Shown in pieces: positions 62,786 to 64,000 of a stretch of DNA of 64,000 nt (its first letter is position 1; every line of letters begins with the position of its first letter). The translations under genes were made by a program, and so were the position numbers. Below the pieces are notes generated by a model, which made no database searches, had not been told where the DNA came from, and saw only the letters and a list, made by a program, of their open reading frames with translations. Source of the DNA: Octopus vulgaris (Eukaryota); contig OX597829.1 in assembly GCA_951406725.2 (NCBI GenBank), positions 41,168,001-41,232,000 of the forward strand, in the 5' to 3' direction.

Positions 62786-63148
62786 TTTATATATACTTAT
62801 ATATGTATATATATATATATACACACACACGTGTTTATATGTAAATATAAAAACTCATATGAATATGTGTGTGTTTATATCTGTGTATGTGTGTGCCTAA
62901 GCACCATTAACCTGAATTAGAAAATTTAATGATGTCAGTGACACTACGTATGCGATCAAAGGTAAATAGACCTTTTTAGATTCTGAGATCAGGAGTTCAT
63001 GTTAGGTGATATAACTTTATTGGCATTCTTTGTGACAGATTCTGTTATTTTCCTTTATCTGACTCAACTATTGTTATCTTGATTCACAAATCTGTACTTA
63101 GAAAATACCTGTTTGCTTTTCATTCAGAGTATTTAAAAAGTGAACTTA

Positions 63149-63510
63149 TCTCTATATATATAAACGGCAAAATGTCTGTGTGTGTGTCCTTTATACAAAT
63201 CCACAATTTTTCGGTTAGAGGGCTTGCACTTTCTATGGTCATTCAAAACCCTCCAAGGGTGGTTGTGCTTATCTTTACATTTCCCCAGTCACCCCGCAAA
63301 GCCATTAAAAAATCAATAGAAGTGACTTTTTCTGAATTTTCTATCCAAAACCCAATCAAAATGGCCGAAATTTCATACGCCAATTGAATGCCAGCTAGCT
63401 GTATGTGATTGGTCGGACATTTGGACAGTACTCGGTGTATGTGCACACGCACGCAGCTGTATATGGATGCACTAGCACTATGACCCAGCGTTGTCGGGTC
63501 ATAGTGCTAG
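63149..63510 (+). mobile_element. Non-autonomous Helitron
   Basis: A|TC start, CTAG|T end, 16-bp terminal hairpin actagcactatgaccc...gggtcatagtgctagt. Confidence 0.85.
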
Positions 63511-64000
63511 TCTCCAATAAAAATGAACCTAAAGAGAACTGATCTAGCCAACGAGTGAGCTTCCTTTATGTTTTTTTTTTTTTTCGATTTTATTTTTCCA
63601 CTGCCTTGATCTGCTAGAAACAGTTGCCATCCCTTTTTACCAAAAGAGGAATACATCATATCTGACATATAAAAAGACAAGATGATCACAACTGTTGAAT
63701 GCCTTTCATCAGAGGTCTGCTTGTGCAAGGTTGACCTGGGATTAAACACTAAGAGATCCTCTATAGCAGTCATTTGCAACTTGTAGCCTACACAACTTTC
63801 TGATTGGCCTGCCTAGCTAAAAAAATTACCTTGAATTTTTTTTGTAGTGCAGCCCACCTGATGATGAGCTGTGCCCCATGTGGCTAACTTCTCATAATAG
63901 GTTGCCTATACTTGCAGTCACTCGAGTAGAAATAGCAGTCAAATCTCTTTGAAATCTCATCATGCTGTCTTAAATAAACAAGTATACTTTGTAGTCCCTA

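Overview
AT-rich, repeat-dense eukaryotic DNA. The SINE families, microsatellite load and intron sizes suggest an octopus or other coleoid cephalopod (inference). About 58 kb is spanned by one minus-strand gene that the ORF track almost misses. I traced 15 small GT-AG coding exons by hand (59521 down to 1796, 1121 nt, phases consistent throughout). They encode an ANKRD27/VARP-like N-terminus plus a VPS9 Rab-GEF domain, and the gene continues past position 1. The introns hold several tRNA-derived SINE families, RTE and CR1-like LINE fragments, a decayed Penelope (RT + GIY-YIG), Tc1/mariner relics, Helitrons, piggyBac-type MITEs and a MITE family with 8-bp TSDs. The main unannotated signal is a set of short non-coding elements, mostly in (TA)n tracts. 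They are built from inverted and/or tandem arms and carry minimal type-I hammerhead ribozyme motifs (CUGANGA/CCGAAGA...GAAA-palindrome-GUH) from several unrelated families. Some have ~90-nt inserts in stem II, and in one the inverted arm ends at the predicted cleavage site. These look like Penelope pLTR/retrozyme-like elements. A possible divergent promoter lies at 59.5-60.8 kb. All calls are by eye; no searches were run.
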